Source of the DNA: a virus
Taxonomy: Duplodnaviria; Caudoviricetes
Virus record (IMG/VR): IMGVR_UViG_3300032295_001241
Coordinates: 1 to 33,081 of that record
Reading direction: 5' to 3' (one strand)
DNA: 33,081 nucleotides
Below are positions 17,554 through 26,286 of this stretch, piece after piece; within the stretch, counting starts at the first letter, position 1; every line of letters starts with the position of its first letter. Under the pieces are notes generated by a model. It searched no databases. It was not told the origin of the DNA and was given only the letters and a program-made list of their open reading frames with translations. A program made the translations under genes and the position numbers.

Positions 17554-18525
17554 ATGGCAGGCGAAACCCTCACCTCGTCTCTGTCCGTAGATCAAATTGC
17601 GTTTGACCGTCTTGCATACTTTGCATTGCGTTCAGAGCTTTTGTTCGATCAGGCAGCAGACGTACAACCAGTAGCTCAGGCAATGCCTGGAAGCGCTGTA
17701 ACATTCACTATCTTCAACGACATCGCAGCAGCGACTAGCACCTTGAACGAAGTGACCGACGTAACTCCTACTGCCCTTTCGGACAGCCAGAAGACCGTCA
17801 CCCTTGCAGAATACGGCAACGCCGTTGTGACCACAGCTAAGCTCCGTGGCACAGCGTTCTTGGACGTAGACGCTGCAGCAGCAAACGTTATTGGCTACAA
17901 CGCTGGTGACTCATTGGACAAAGTTGTATCGGCAGTTCTTGCTGCTGGAGACAACGTAGCTTACGCAACCGGTGGTGCTTCGGCTCCTTCGTCACGCGTT
18001 GGCATGGCCGTTGACGACCTTTTGGTAGCTAACGACATCCGCAAGCAAGTAGCTGCATTGCGCAAGGCTAACGTTCCAACCTTCAATGGTTCGTACATTG
18101 GCTTCATCCACCCAGACGTTTCGTACGACTTCCGTTCGGCAACCGACGCATCAGCATGGCGTACGCCAGCTAACTACGTTGACCCAACCGGGATCTACAA
18201 CGGCGAAATCGGTCTCTTTGAATCAGTACGATTCATCGAAACCCCACGTGCACCAATCTTTGAAAATGCATTCAACGGTGCAGGTGCAGCTGGTACGGGT
18301 GACACGTATGCAACTCTTATCATGGGTCGTCAGGCTCTTGCTAAGGCATTCAGCACCCAGGATGGCAACGGCGCAATGCCAAAGGTTGTTCGCGGTAACG
18401 TGACCGACTTGCTCATGCGCTTGATGCCAATTGGTTGGTACTGGCTCGGTGGCTACGGCCGCTTCCGCGAGGCTTCATTGCGTCGTATTGAGTCAGCATC
18501 GTCAATCGGTGCAAACGCAAGCTAA
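17554..18525 (+). CDS. major capsid protein (N4-gp56-like family)
   Basis: 323 aa; LFDQAADVQP..PG..VTFT, VTLAEYGNAV, YIGFIHPDV..D, GEIGLFESVRFIET patterns; AAGGA SD; followed by a terminator. Confidence 0.88.
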   Translation: MAGETLTSSLSVDQIAFDRLAYFALRSELLFDQAADVQPVAQAMPGSAVTFTIFNDIAAATSTLNEVTDVTPTALSDSQKTVTLAEYGNAVVTTAKLRGTAFLDVDAAAANVIGYNAGDSLDKVVSAVLAAGDNVAYATGGASAPSSRVGMAVDDLLVANDIRKQVAALRKANVPTFNGSYIGFIHPDVSYDFRSATDASAWRTPANYVDPTGIYNGEIGLFESVRFIETPRAPIFENAFNGAGAAGTGDTYATLIMGRQALAKAFSTQDGNGAMPKVVRGNVTDLLMRLMPIGWYWLGGYGRFREASLRRIESASSIGANAS

Positions 18526-18552
18526 GCAGCTAACTACATTGCTGTAAGCAGT

Positions 18553-18585
18553 AAAGCCCCTCCGCCTAGTACGCGGGGGGGCTTT
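18553..18585 (+). terminator. rho-independent terminator
   Basis: AAAGCCCCTCCGC-CTAGTAC-GCGGGGGGGCTTT after the capsid gene; immediately followed by extended -10 TGCTATACT. Confidence 0.75.
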
Positions 18586-18613
18586 GCTATACTAATTAAG
18601 AACTAGGAGTCAT

Positions 18614-18982
18614 ATGTCAATTTCAAACTACGCAGAACTTAAGTTGCTTGAGCATGTCACAGGCAAAACTTCATTTACCATGCCATCGAATGTGTACTTA
18701 AAATTGCACACCGGTGACCCGGGCGAAGACTGCACATCAAACGCAGCAACAGAAGCTACACGCAAGATCACAGCTTGGGCTACTGCAGCCTCTGGTGCGA
18801 TCGCAACGAGTGCAACTGTTGAGTGGACAAACGTTTCAACAACTGAGACCTACACTCATTGGTCAATGTGGGATGCTTCAACTGCAGGTAACGCATTGTG
18901 GAATGGTGCACTGTCCGCTTCAGCTGCTGTAACTTCTGGCGACACTTTCCAGATCACATCACTTACGCTGTCTCTCGACTAG
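18614..18982 (+). CDS. virion structural protein (decoration/fibre-base type)
   Basis: 122 aa; SNYAE..LL....VYLKLHTGDPG...THWSMWDASTAGN.L.....GDTF pattern common in phage structural modules; AGGAG SD. Confidence 0.7.
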   Translation: MSISNYAELKLLEHVTGKTSFTMPSNVYLKLHTGDPGEDCTSNAATEATRKITAWATAASGAIATSATVEWTNVSTTETYTHWSMWDASTAGNALWNGALSASAAVTSGDTFQITSLTLSLD

Positions 18983-19000
18983 TAGGTAGGGGAATCCCCT

Positions 19001-20092
19001 ATGGCTGCTTTTCAGAGCACGCTCACAGATTTTTCATCTGCATATAGACCAGCAACTGGTCTTTACTTTGGCGCACCTATATGGCAGTTAACCGCAACTG
19101 GATCTGGTTCTGGATCTGCGGTTGTTGTTGCGTTTGCAACTAAAGCAAAACAAGGAACAGGCTCTGGTGCTGGATCAGCCGTAGCAGTTGGTGTTCGAAT
19201 TGTTGGAAGAACTGCTACTGGATCAGCTATCGGTGCGCAAGTAGCAATAATCTCTGGACCTACACAGCTAAGACTTGGTGCAATAACAGACTTCTCTTTC
19301 CCTTACCTAACTGGTGGACGCTTCTACCTTGGACCTGCCTACTATTTAAGAACAGCTTCTGGAACTGGAACAGGATCTCAATCAACAGTTTCCATCCATG
19401 TTGTTGTTCGTTCAGCAACTGGATCTGGATCTGCAGGAGCTTCAACTAGCGCCGACCTTGAGATTCTGTTTAGGTCTGCAACTGGATCTGGAACATCATC
19501 CAGCGAAGCTGACCCATTCCTGTTTGTTATTAGAAATGCTACTGGATCCGGTGCCGGGACTTCTTCTGTAGTTTTCAGACGCGAACGCCTACGCGCAGCA
19601 ACTGGGGCTGGAGCCGGAACATCTAGTGCAGCAAGGCTCGTAAAGAACCTTAGGTCTGCAACTGGATCTGGAATAGGTTCAGCTGTTGCAATACGACTTG
19701 TTCGTACAATCAGAACAGCTACTGCCTCTGGCATTGGAACAGCTTCATCGATATCAATCGAGCTACTTCCAAGAACGGCTAATGGTTCTGGATTGGGGGC
19801 GACAAGCGGTAACGCCACCTGGGCTAAGTCGCGCATCTTCCGGGTACCAAACATAACCTTGTATGCGTGGGCTGATATGTACGGCGACAACAGGGCTGAC
19901 AGATTGTTTGCTCACGTGCCGCAGGGCATACGCGCAGAGAACCTTTACCGCCTGTCTGATGGATCGTATACAATCAATGACCCGGGATATGGAAACTCAA
20001 CAAGGGCTTACCTTGGTGGTCACAACATATTCCTTGATGACACAGAGGTAGCAGAACTAACTGCAGCTGGATACGGAGCTTACATATCGTGA
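19001..20092 (+). CDS. Gly/Ser/Thr-rich repetitive virion fibre-like protein
   Basis: About 20-aa periodic RxATGSGxG repeats; GCAACTGGATCTGG recurs in the DNA. Confidence 0.65.
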   Translation: MAAFQSTLTDFSSAYRPATGLYFGAPIWQLTATGSGSGSAVVVAFATKAKQGTGSGAGSAVAVGVRIVGRTATGSAIGAQVAIISGPTQLRLGAITDFSFPYLTGGRFYLGPAYYLRTASGTGTGSQSTVSIHVVVRSATGSGSAGASTSADLEILFRSATGSGTSSSEADPFLFVIRNATGSGAGTSSVVFRRERLRAATGAGAGTSSAARLVKNLRSATGSGIGSAVAIRLVRTIRTATASGIGTASSISIELLPRTANGSGLGATSGNATWAKSRIFRVPNITLYAWADMYGDNRADRLFAHVPQGIRAENLYRLSDGSYTINDPGYGNSTRAYLGGHNIFLDDTEVAELTAAGYGAYIS

Positions 20093-20358
20093 TTCACCAA
20101 CAGACCCACCCAGGCCTAGATGTTGAAGGTTGCTTTGCTTGCCGCGTTTCTGGCGTGCGCATGGGCATGAACACCACTACTACTCGCGGCATGGCTGTTG
20201 ACGGTATCAACAAGACTGAGCGCAACTGGCAGAAAGACATGCCAGCCTACAAGCGTCTACGTGAAAATGGTCTTCAGCCAAAGAGTATTGATGGTGCTGC
20301 AAACGTAGAGAAGAAAGCCGAACACAGCTGGCAAGTTGAGACAGGACTAGGTATATGA
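20089..20358 (+). CDS. hypothetical protein (H..H...CxxC)
   Basis: 89 aa, GTGA overlap with upstream stop; HQQTHP...GCFAC possible metal site. Confidence 0.7.
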   Translation: MIHQQTHPGLDVEGCFACRVSGVRMGMNTTTTRGMAVDGINKTERNWQKDMPAYKRLRENGLQPKSIDGAANVEKKAEHSWQVETGLGI

Positions 20359-20513
20359 AAAAGAAAAAAGAATTCTGGGACAAGAAGAACCCAAACAAGA
20401 AATCAACCCCACTTACCCCTGCGCAGAAGAAGTCTGCTCAAGCAAGGGCAAAGAAGGCTGGTCGCCCATACCCAAACCTTGTTGATAATGCTGCTGCCAA
20501 GAGGATGAAGTAA
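20355..20513 (+). CDS. small basic protein, 52 aa
   Basis: ATGA overlap; MKKKKEFWDKKNPNKKSTPLTPAQKKSAQARAKKAGRPYPNLVDNAAAKRMK; absent from the ORF track. Confidence 0.75.
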   Translation: MKKKKEFWDKKNPNKKSTPLTPAQKKSAQARAKKAGRPYPNLVDNAAAKRMK

Positions 20514-20515
20514 AC

Positions 20516-20767
20516 ATGGCTATTGAGTATAGGGGTGAGAAGTTTGCTGGTTACAACAAGCCAAAGAAAACTCCTGGAGCAAAGAAGTCTCATGCTGTGC
20601 TTGCCAAGACTGGCAGCCAAGTTAAGTTGATCCGTTTTGGACAGCAGGGAGTGCAGGGTTCACCTGATGGGTCAGCAAGGAACAAAGCGTTCAAGGCTAG
20701 ACATGCCAAGAACATTGCCAAAGGCAAGATGTCTGCAGCTTACTGGGCAGACAAAGTCAAATGGTAA
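20516..20767 (+). CDS. small basic phage protein
   Basis: 83 aa; KLIRFGQQG...FKARH...SAAYWA motif. Confidence 0.8.
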   Translation: MAIEYRGEKFAGYNKPKKTPGAKKSHAVLAKTGSQVKLIRFGQQGVQGSPDGSARNKAFKARHAKNIAKGKMSAAYWADKVKW

Positions 20768-20796
20768 GATTTCATAACAACTAACAAGGAGCAGTC

Positions 20797-20928
20797 ATGC
20801 CAAAGGTAGGAAAAAAAGAATTCGGTTACGGCGCAAAAGGGATGGCTATGGCCAAGGCTGAAGCCAAGAAGACCGGCAAGCCAATGAAGATGGACAAGTC
20901 CAAGATGAAGGCCAAGAAAAAGAAGTAA
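20797..20928 (+). CDS. small Lys/Met-rich protein, 43 aa
   Basis: AAGGAG SD; MPKVGKKEFGYGAKGMAMAKAEAKKTGKPMKMDKSKMKAKKKK; TGGTAAGAT extended -10 upstream; absent from the ORF track. Confidence 0.75.
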   Translation: MPKVGKKEFGYGAKGMAMAKAEAKKTGKPMKMDKSKMKAKKKK

Positions 20929-21816
20929 ATGACAACTACTGCAACCGTCATAGACAGGACGTTGCGCCAGCTACTATCGGGAACAGTGGAGGCACGCAAC
21001 AAGCTTGCTTCTACAATCAACTCATCTGCGACGAGTGTCACAACTACGTACGCACTTGAGTCTCTTCGTGCTGGTCAGGTATTTGAAATTGACTCAGAGA
21101 TGTTCTACATCTGGGAAGCTGATGTATCCACCAAGACACTGACCGTTCAGCGCGGATACGCCGGAACTACGGCAGCTGCCCACACATCAGGTGCGATCGT
21201 TACTGCTAGCCCGCGCTTCCCTCGCGCTCAGGTTCTTGAGGCAATCAATGATGAGCTGATGGATCTGTCTTCCCCGATGCATGGGTTGTTCCAGGTCAAG
21301 ACACTTGACTACACCTACAACGGAACAGATAGAATGGTCAACCTTACTGGAGTAACCAGCATGATTGACCTTATTGGTGTTTCTGTGCGTTACCTGAACG
21401 ACGACTATCCAGTCGCACGAAAGGTTAAACTTGTTCGCGATCTTCCTACTGACGACTTTGCTTCTGGCTTCGCTATCAAGTTCGATCAGAACGTATACCC
21501 GGGAAGACTCCGAATTGTCTACAAGGCTGCATATAGTGGCACAACCAGCGAATCTACAGATATCAACACAACATGTGGTGTACAGGAATCAATCACAGAC
21601 ATTGTCACTATTGGCACTCAAATTCGTTTGATGTCACCTCGCGAGATTAAGCGCAACTTTACAGAGTCCCAGGGTGATACACGTCGAGCAGAAGAGGTGG
21701 GGGCTGGTGCTGTTACCGCTTCTATCTCCAACATGAAGCAGCTTCGCAAGGACCGGATCACAGCGGAGGCAGCACGACTAGCCAGGGCATACCCAACGTT
21801 CTTAACACGGGAGTAA
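20929..21816 (+). CDS. probable head-tail adaptor / tail tubular protein A-like, with inserted beta domain
   Basis: 295 aa; helical ends (QVLEAINDEL), central IDSEMFYI...VQRGYAGTTAAAHTSGA module; position before the nozzle-like gene. Confidence 0.55.
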   Translation: MTTTATVIDRTLRQLLSGTVEARNKLASTINSSATSVTTTYALESLRAGQVFEIDSEMFYIWEADVSTKTLTVQRGYAGTTAAAHTSGAIVTASPRFPRAQVLEAINDELMDLSSPMHGLFQVKTLDYTYNGTDRMVNLTGVTSMIDLIGVSVRYLNDDYPVARKVKLVRDLPTDDFASGFAIKFDQNVYPGRLRIVYKAAYSGTTSESTDINTTCGVQESITDIVTIGTQIRLMSPREIKRNFTESQGDTRRAEEVGAGAVTASISNMKQLRKDRITAEAARLARAYPTFLTRE

Positions 21817-21819
21817 GCC

Positions 21820-23682
21820 GTGTCCGGTCTTCTCACGTTTACAGAACCATTCGTAAACACTCACCCATTCTTTACAGGAAGGCCATCTAACAACTTGGTC
21901 CCAGACATCTTCCCCATTGCGATTGACGGGCGACCATACTTGGTTGATCAGAAGTCAAATCAGTTCATGCGTGGATTCGAGGCGCGTGTCCGCGACTCTG
22001 TTGACCAGTCAACCAGTCCTGGTGAAGCAGCTATCAACCCACAAGGGTTGTGGCGTCGTGGTGAAACCTCTTGGCATTTAGGTGCAGGTCAGCTGTACGC
22101 AGATACGGCAGAAGCACAGGACTACCGGTTCTATTCAAGTAAGGGTATCAACCCATGGACCAAAGGCCAGCTCAAGCTTCTCAACAAGGTAAAAGAATCT
22201 CTAAACTCAGCTAACACCAACCTCGGGTTGCATGTAGCTGACGGCAAGGTGTATGTATCTGACGGTACAGCTGTCAAGTATTCGTCTGATCCGTTTGCCG
22301 CTTCTCCAACTTGGACATCGGTAACCGGTCTCCCAGCTGGTCATACTCCTCGCGACATGGCCTCTGACGGAAGCAACATCTACTTGACTTACGAGGGAAC
22401 AAACTCTTCTCATGGTCTATGGAAGATCAATGACAGCCAGGTTGCATCAAACGTTGCATACGGTCACCAGCTTCACTATGTTGACTTTGTAAAGGGATAT
22501 GTAATGGTGTCGGGAAACTCAGCATCCGGGAATGCTCCAGATCTTTATTACAGCCCAGTTGGAAACATTGGCGGAGATGATTACTCTCACCCACTATCAA
22601 CATGGAACTGGACCAGCTTCGCTGCTGGACAGAACGCAATCTATGTGGCTGGTCACAGCGGGGATCGCGGTGCCATCTACAAGATAACCATTGCAAGCAC
22701 TGGAGTTCTTGATACCCCTGTCGTAGCTATCGAGTTCCCAACAGGCGAGATACCAAACACCGTCTTTGGATACCTTGGTGGAGTGTTCATCGGCACAAGC
22801 AAGGGAGTTCGTTACGCAACATCTGACGCTGACTCAAACCTTACTGCCGGTTCATTGATCCCTGTATCTGGTGGGGTTACCGCATTTACGGCAGACGACA
22901 AGTATGTGTGGTTCAACTGGTCCAACTATGACGGTGTGTCTACCGGCCTTGGTCGAATTGACCTGTCTTCATTTACCACCTCAAACACCCCAGCCTATGC
23001 AACAGACCTGATGCTTACGTCTACTGCAAATGTCAACAATGTAATTACATACGACAACAAGAGGATCTTCTCTGTGTCTGGAGATGGTGTGTACGTCGAA
23101 GACTCAGCCAACCTTGTTGAATCTGGCGAGATCATTACCGGAACATACCGATGGGGTATTCCTGACCGCAAGTTTGTAGCCAAGTTTGATCTCAGAACCA
23201 CACCACTTGAGGGGACAGTCACCCCGTCCATATCTAGTGACTCGGCTGCTTATGTGGCTATGTCGGCACACGAGCTACAAGCTGCAACCGAGAAAGTGTC
23301 AAACGGACCGCAGTCAAAGTTCATTGAGGCAAAGTTCAAGCTTGTTCTAGCCAGGGCAACAGCAACCACAGGACCAACTGTCACCCGATGGATGGCACGC
23401 GCTTATGCCTCCCCTGCTCGCAGCCAGGTATTCCGTGTACCTATTCTTATGCACCACAAGATCATTGATACTCACGGTTCTGAGCACTACTTCGATGTCG
23501 AAGCCGAGCTTCAAGCCCTGCGAAGTCTGGTCACAAATCCGGTAGTGGTAAACTATCAAGAAAATACTGAGACATTTTCGGTGGTCGTTGAGGACCTGGA
23601 GTTCCAGGTGATTGACGGTTACTATCAAAACTGGGACCTTGAAGGAACCTGTATTGTTACAATGAGATCAGTACAAGATTAG
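21820..23682 (+). CDS. probable tail nozzle / tubular protein B-like (beta-propeller)
   Basis: 620 aa beta-rich with repeated blade-like strands; WHLGAGQ, SKGINPWTKGQLKLL. Confidence 0.6.
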   Translation: MSGLLTFTEPFVNTHPFFTGRPSNNLVPDIFPIAIDGRPYLVDQKSNQFMRGFEARVRDSVDQSTSPGEAAINPQGLWRRGETSWHLGAGQLYADTAEAQDYRFYSSKGINPWTKGQLKLLNKVKESLNSANTNLGLHVADGKVYVSDGTAVKYSSDPFAASPTWTSVTGLPAGHTPRDMASDGSNIYLTYEGTNSSHGLWKINDSQVASNVAYGHQLHYVDFVKGYVMVSGNSASGNAPDLYYSPVGNIGGDDYSHPLSTWNWTSFAAGQNAIYVAGHSGDRGAIYKITIASTGVLDTPVVAIEFPTGEIPNTVFGYLGGVFIGTSKGVRYATSDADSNLTAGSLIPVSGGVTAFTADDKYVWFNWSNYDGVSTGLGRIDLSSFTTSNTPAYATDLMLTSTANVNNVITYDNKRIFSVSGDGVYVEDSANLVESGEIITGTYRWGIPDRKFVAKFDLRTTPLEGTVTPSISSDSAAYVAMSAHELQAATEKVSNGPQSKFIEAKFKLVLARATATTGPTVTRWMARAYASPARSQVFRVPILMHHKIIDTHGSEHYFDVEAELQALRSLVTNPVVVNYQENTETFSVVVEDLEFQVIDGYYQNWDLEGTCIVTMRSVQD

Positions 23683-23690
23683 GAGAGTAA

Positions 23691-24620
23691 ATGCCATACG
23701 CAACTAGGAGATCGTATTCAGGAGCATCAGCTGCATGCACCCTCACGTCCTCGATTACGTCTGGTGATACCAGTGCAACCCTGACCGGAACAACGACAGC
23801 ATGGCCTTCAACTGCCAGCGGTTCGTTCTTCATGGTTATTGATCCGGGCCTAAGCACCGAAGAAAAGATTCTTGTAGGTGCACGCTCGACAAACTCGCTC
23901 TCTAGCATTACCCGTGGTGTAGATGGCACGACTGCTGCCTCACACTCAGCTGGTGCAACTTGCTACCCAGTGTTCACGGCAGTAGATGCCGACCAGGCTA
24001 ACGCGGTAGCCGCAACTCTCACAACCAAGGGTGACCTTCTTGCAACAGATGGTTCGGCCCTTAACCGTTTAGCTGTTGGAACAAATGATTATTCTCTTGT
24101 AGCTGACTCGGCTGCGACTAACGGTATTTCATGGAAGCAAATCCCAGCTGCAGGTCTTGCATCTGATTCAGTCACCACAGCAAAAATTTTGAACTCCAAC
24201 GTTACCGCAGCAAAGCTTGCAACCGATTCTGTTGAAACAGCAAAGATCGTTGACAACGCTGTGACACAGGCAAAGTTGGCTGATCGCGTTATCGGTTCAG
24301 CAGAGTATGACAACATGACGCTGAACGCTCAAACCGGGACCACGTACACTCTTGTTTTGGCTGATGCGCACAAGCTTGTTACTTTGTCTAATGCTTCAGC
24401 TATTGCACTTACAGTTCCTACCAACTCTTCTGTGGCTTTTGAAATTGGTGACCAAGTTAACTTGTTGCAACTTGGTGCTGGTCAGGTGACGGTTGGTGGT
24501 GCTAGCGTAACTTTCCGTTCTGAGGGTTCTAAGTTAAAACTTAAAGGTCAGTATGCGATGGCTACATTAGTAAAAATTGATACTGATACTTGGGTGCTTG
24601 TCGGCAACACGGCAGCGTAA
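23691..24620 (+). CDS. tail fibre protein
   Basis: TRGVDGTTAASHSAGA, TTKGDLL, VTTAKI/VTAAKL repeats, NAQTGTTYTLVLAD C-terminal domain. Confidence 0.75.
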   Translation: MPYATRRSYSGASAACTLTSSITSGDTSATLTGTTTAWPSTASGSFFMVIDPGLSTEEKILVGARSTNSLSSITRGVDGTTAASHSAGATCYPVFTAVDADQANAVAATLTTKGDLLATDGSALNRLAVGTNDYSLVADSAATNGISWKQIPAAGLASDSVTTAKILNSNVTAAKLATDSVETAKIVDNAVTQAKLADRVIGSAEYDNMTLNAQTGTTYTLVLADAHKLVTLSNASAIALTVPTNSSVAFEIGDQVNLLQLGAGQVTVGGASVTFRSEGSKLKLKGQYAMATLVKIDTDTWVLVGNTAA

Positions 24621-24623
24621 CTA

Positions 24624-25466
24624 ATGCAAATACTTGCTGGTATCGGCGGTGGAGTTGCCCTAGAAACAGTTGAACTACTTGTGGTTGCTGGTGGTGGCGG
24701 CGGCGGCGGAAAATTTGGTGGTGGCGGCGGCGGAGCTGGTGGCTATCGCACAAACACTGCATTCTCCGTTGTTCCTGGAACCCAGTACACGGCAACTGTC
24801 GGCGGTTTTGGTGGTGGAAGCAGTGGCGACCTAAGTAATGGTGGTTCTGGTTCTGCATCATCATTTGGTTCATACGCTTCATCAGGTGGTGGTGGCGGTG
24901 GAACAGTTAGCGGTGGTTCAGGTGGTGGTGGTCACGGAACTGGTGCTAGTGGGGGAAGCGGTAACTCTGGTAGTTACTCCCCAGTAGAAGGCTATCGCGG
25001 TGGTGCTGGTGCTGGAATTATTGCTGGTCGCTCCCGTGCAGGCGGTGGCGGCGGTGGCGGTGGTGCAGTAGGTAATGATAACGCTGGAGAATCTGGCGGT
25101 GGTGGTGGAAGCGGAGTTTCGTCAAGCATCACGGGTTCGGCAACTTTCCGCGCTGGTGGCGGCGGAGGAGGTTCTTATGTTGGTTACGGCGGTGGTGGCG
25201 GTGGTGGTAACGGCGGCGGCGGTGGTGGTAACGGCGGCGGCGGCGGCACAAATACCGGCGGTGGTGGTGGCGGTGGTGGATATTACATTAACTACGGTCA
25301 CATTCCTCTTAACGGCGGAAACGGCGGAAGTGGCGTTGTGATTATTGCCTACCCACAAACATTCCCTGTTGCAACAGCAACCACTGGTTCTCCAACTTAT
25401 AGCAGTGCAAGTCGTGCTGGATACCATGTTTACACGTTTACTGGCACAGGAACGATCACCTTCTAA
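24624..25466 (+). CDS. glycine-rich tail-associated protein
   Basis: LVVAGGGGGG...GGGGAGG...NTGGGGGG...GGSGVVIIAY...YHVYTFTGTGTITF. Confidence 0.8.
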   Translation: MQILAGIGGGVALETVELLVVAGGGGGGGKFGGGGGGAGGYRTNTAFSVVPGTQYTATVGGFGGGSSGDLSNGGSGSASSFGSYASSGGGGGGTVSGGSGGGGHGTGASGGSGNSGSYSPVEGYRGGAGAGIIAGRSRAGGGGGGGGAVGNDNAGESGGGGGSGVSSSITGSATFRAGGGGGGSYVGYGGGGGGGNGGGGGGNGGGGGTNTGGGGGGGGYYINYGHIPLNGGNGGSGVVIIAYPQTFPVATATTGSPTYSSASRAGYHVYTFTGTGTITF

Positions 25467-25813
25467 TGGCACACTTTGCAGAACTAAACGAAAACAATGT
25501 TGTTATCAGTGTTATTGCTGTGCACAATAATGAACTTCTTGTCGATGGTGTTGAAAACGAACAAAAAGGTATTGACTTTTGCAACACGATAAAGACAGCT
25601 AATTGGATCCAAACTTCATACAACGCTAACTTTAGAAAATCACCTGCGTTTGTTGGTGGTTCATACGATCCTATTCGTAATGAGTTTGTTTACCCTAAGC
25701 CTTTTGCTTCTTGGACATTGGATGCAAACAACGATTGGCAACCACCAGTTGCTAGGCCAACAGAAGATGGACAATGGATTTGGGATGAAGAAACCCAACA
25801 GTGGCAACTGTAA
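25466..25813 (+). CDS. tail-fibre-associated small protein
   Basis: MAHFAEL...WIQTSYN..FRK...YD...F..PKPFASW...WQPP...WDE; coupled to the glycine-rich gene. Confidence 0.75.
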   Translation: MAHFAELNENNVVISVIAVHNNELLVDGVENEQKGIDFCNTIKTANWIQTSYNANFRKSPAFVGGSYDPIRNEFVYPKPFASWTLDANNDWQPPVARPTEDGQWIWDEETQQWQL

Positions 25814-26286
25814 CTTTTGGTAGTTTTCCCCGTTCGGGCAATTTCTTTCTAGTAGAAACATTTAGAAAAAATGCTTCATCAGTTGGCGTGAACTGGGTGG
25901 GTCATAATGCTCACCTATTAACAAAACACAAAAACTCTTTTACCGTAATTAGAAATCCGTTGGATTGTGTTCCATCTTGGATTGTGTATAAAAAAGATCT
26001 TCGCCCCAACAGGGCTGAAAAAGTTCTTGAATGGTACTGCGCTTATTATAAAAAGTGTTTTGACGACAACATCAAAATGTTTACTTTTGACTATTTAATC
26101 AATAACCCAATCGGTTTGATAAGCCAGTTTTGTGAAGTACAAATACATGAAACCGATTTTAAGTATTTCTACAATGAAACAAAAGATAAATCTGATTATG
26201 ATCTGATACTTGACGAGATGTATTCGTCTCCAAGTTTCAACAAAGCAACAAAACTATTTGAGGAACTATGCGTTCCCGTTGGTTGA
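25801..26286 (+). CDS. sulfotransferase-like (P-loop) protein
   Basis: SFPRSGNFFL resembles the 5'-PSB loop and IRNPLDCVPSW the 3'-PB motif; visibly AT-rich. Confidence 0.65.
   Translation: MATVTFGSFPRSGNFFLVETFRKNASSVGVNWVGHNAHLLTKHKNSFTVIRNPLDCVPSWIVYKKDLRPNRAEKVLEWYCAYYKKCFDDNIKMFTFDYLINNPIGLISQFCEVQIHETDFKYFYNETKDKSDYDLILDEMYSSPSFNKATKLFEELCVPVG

Noticed and set aside
24680-25335. GGY trinucleotide runs as a repeat element or G-quadruplex system
   Set aside because: Explained by poly-Gly coding
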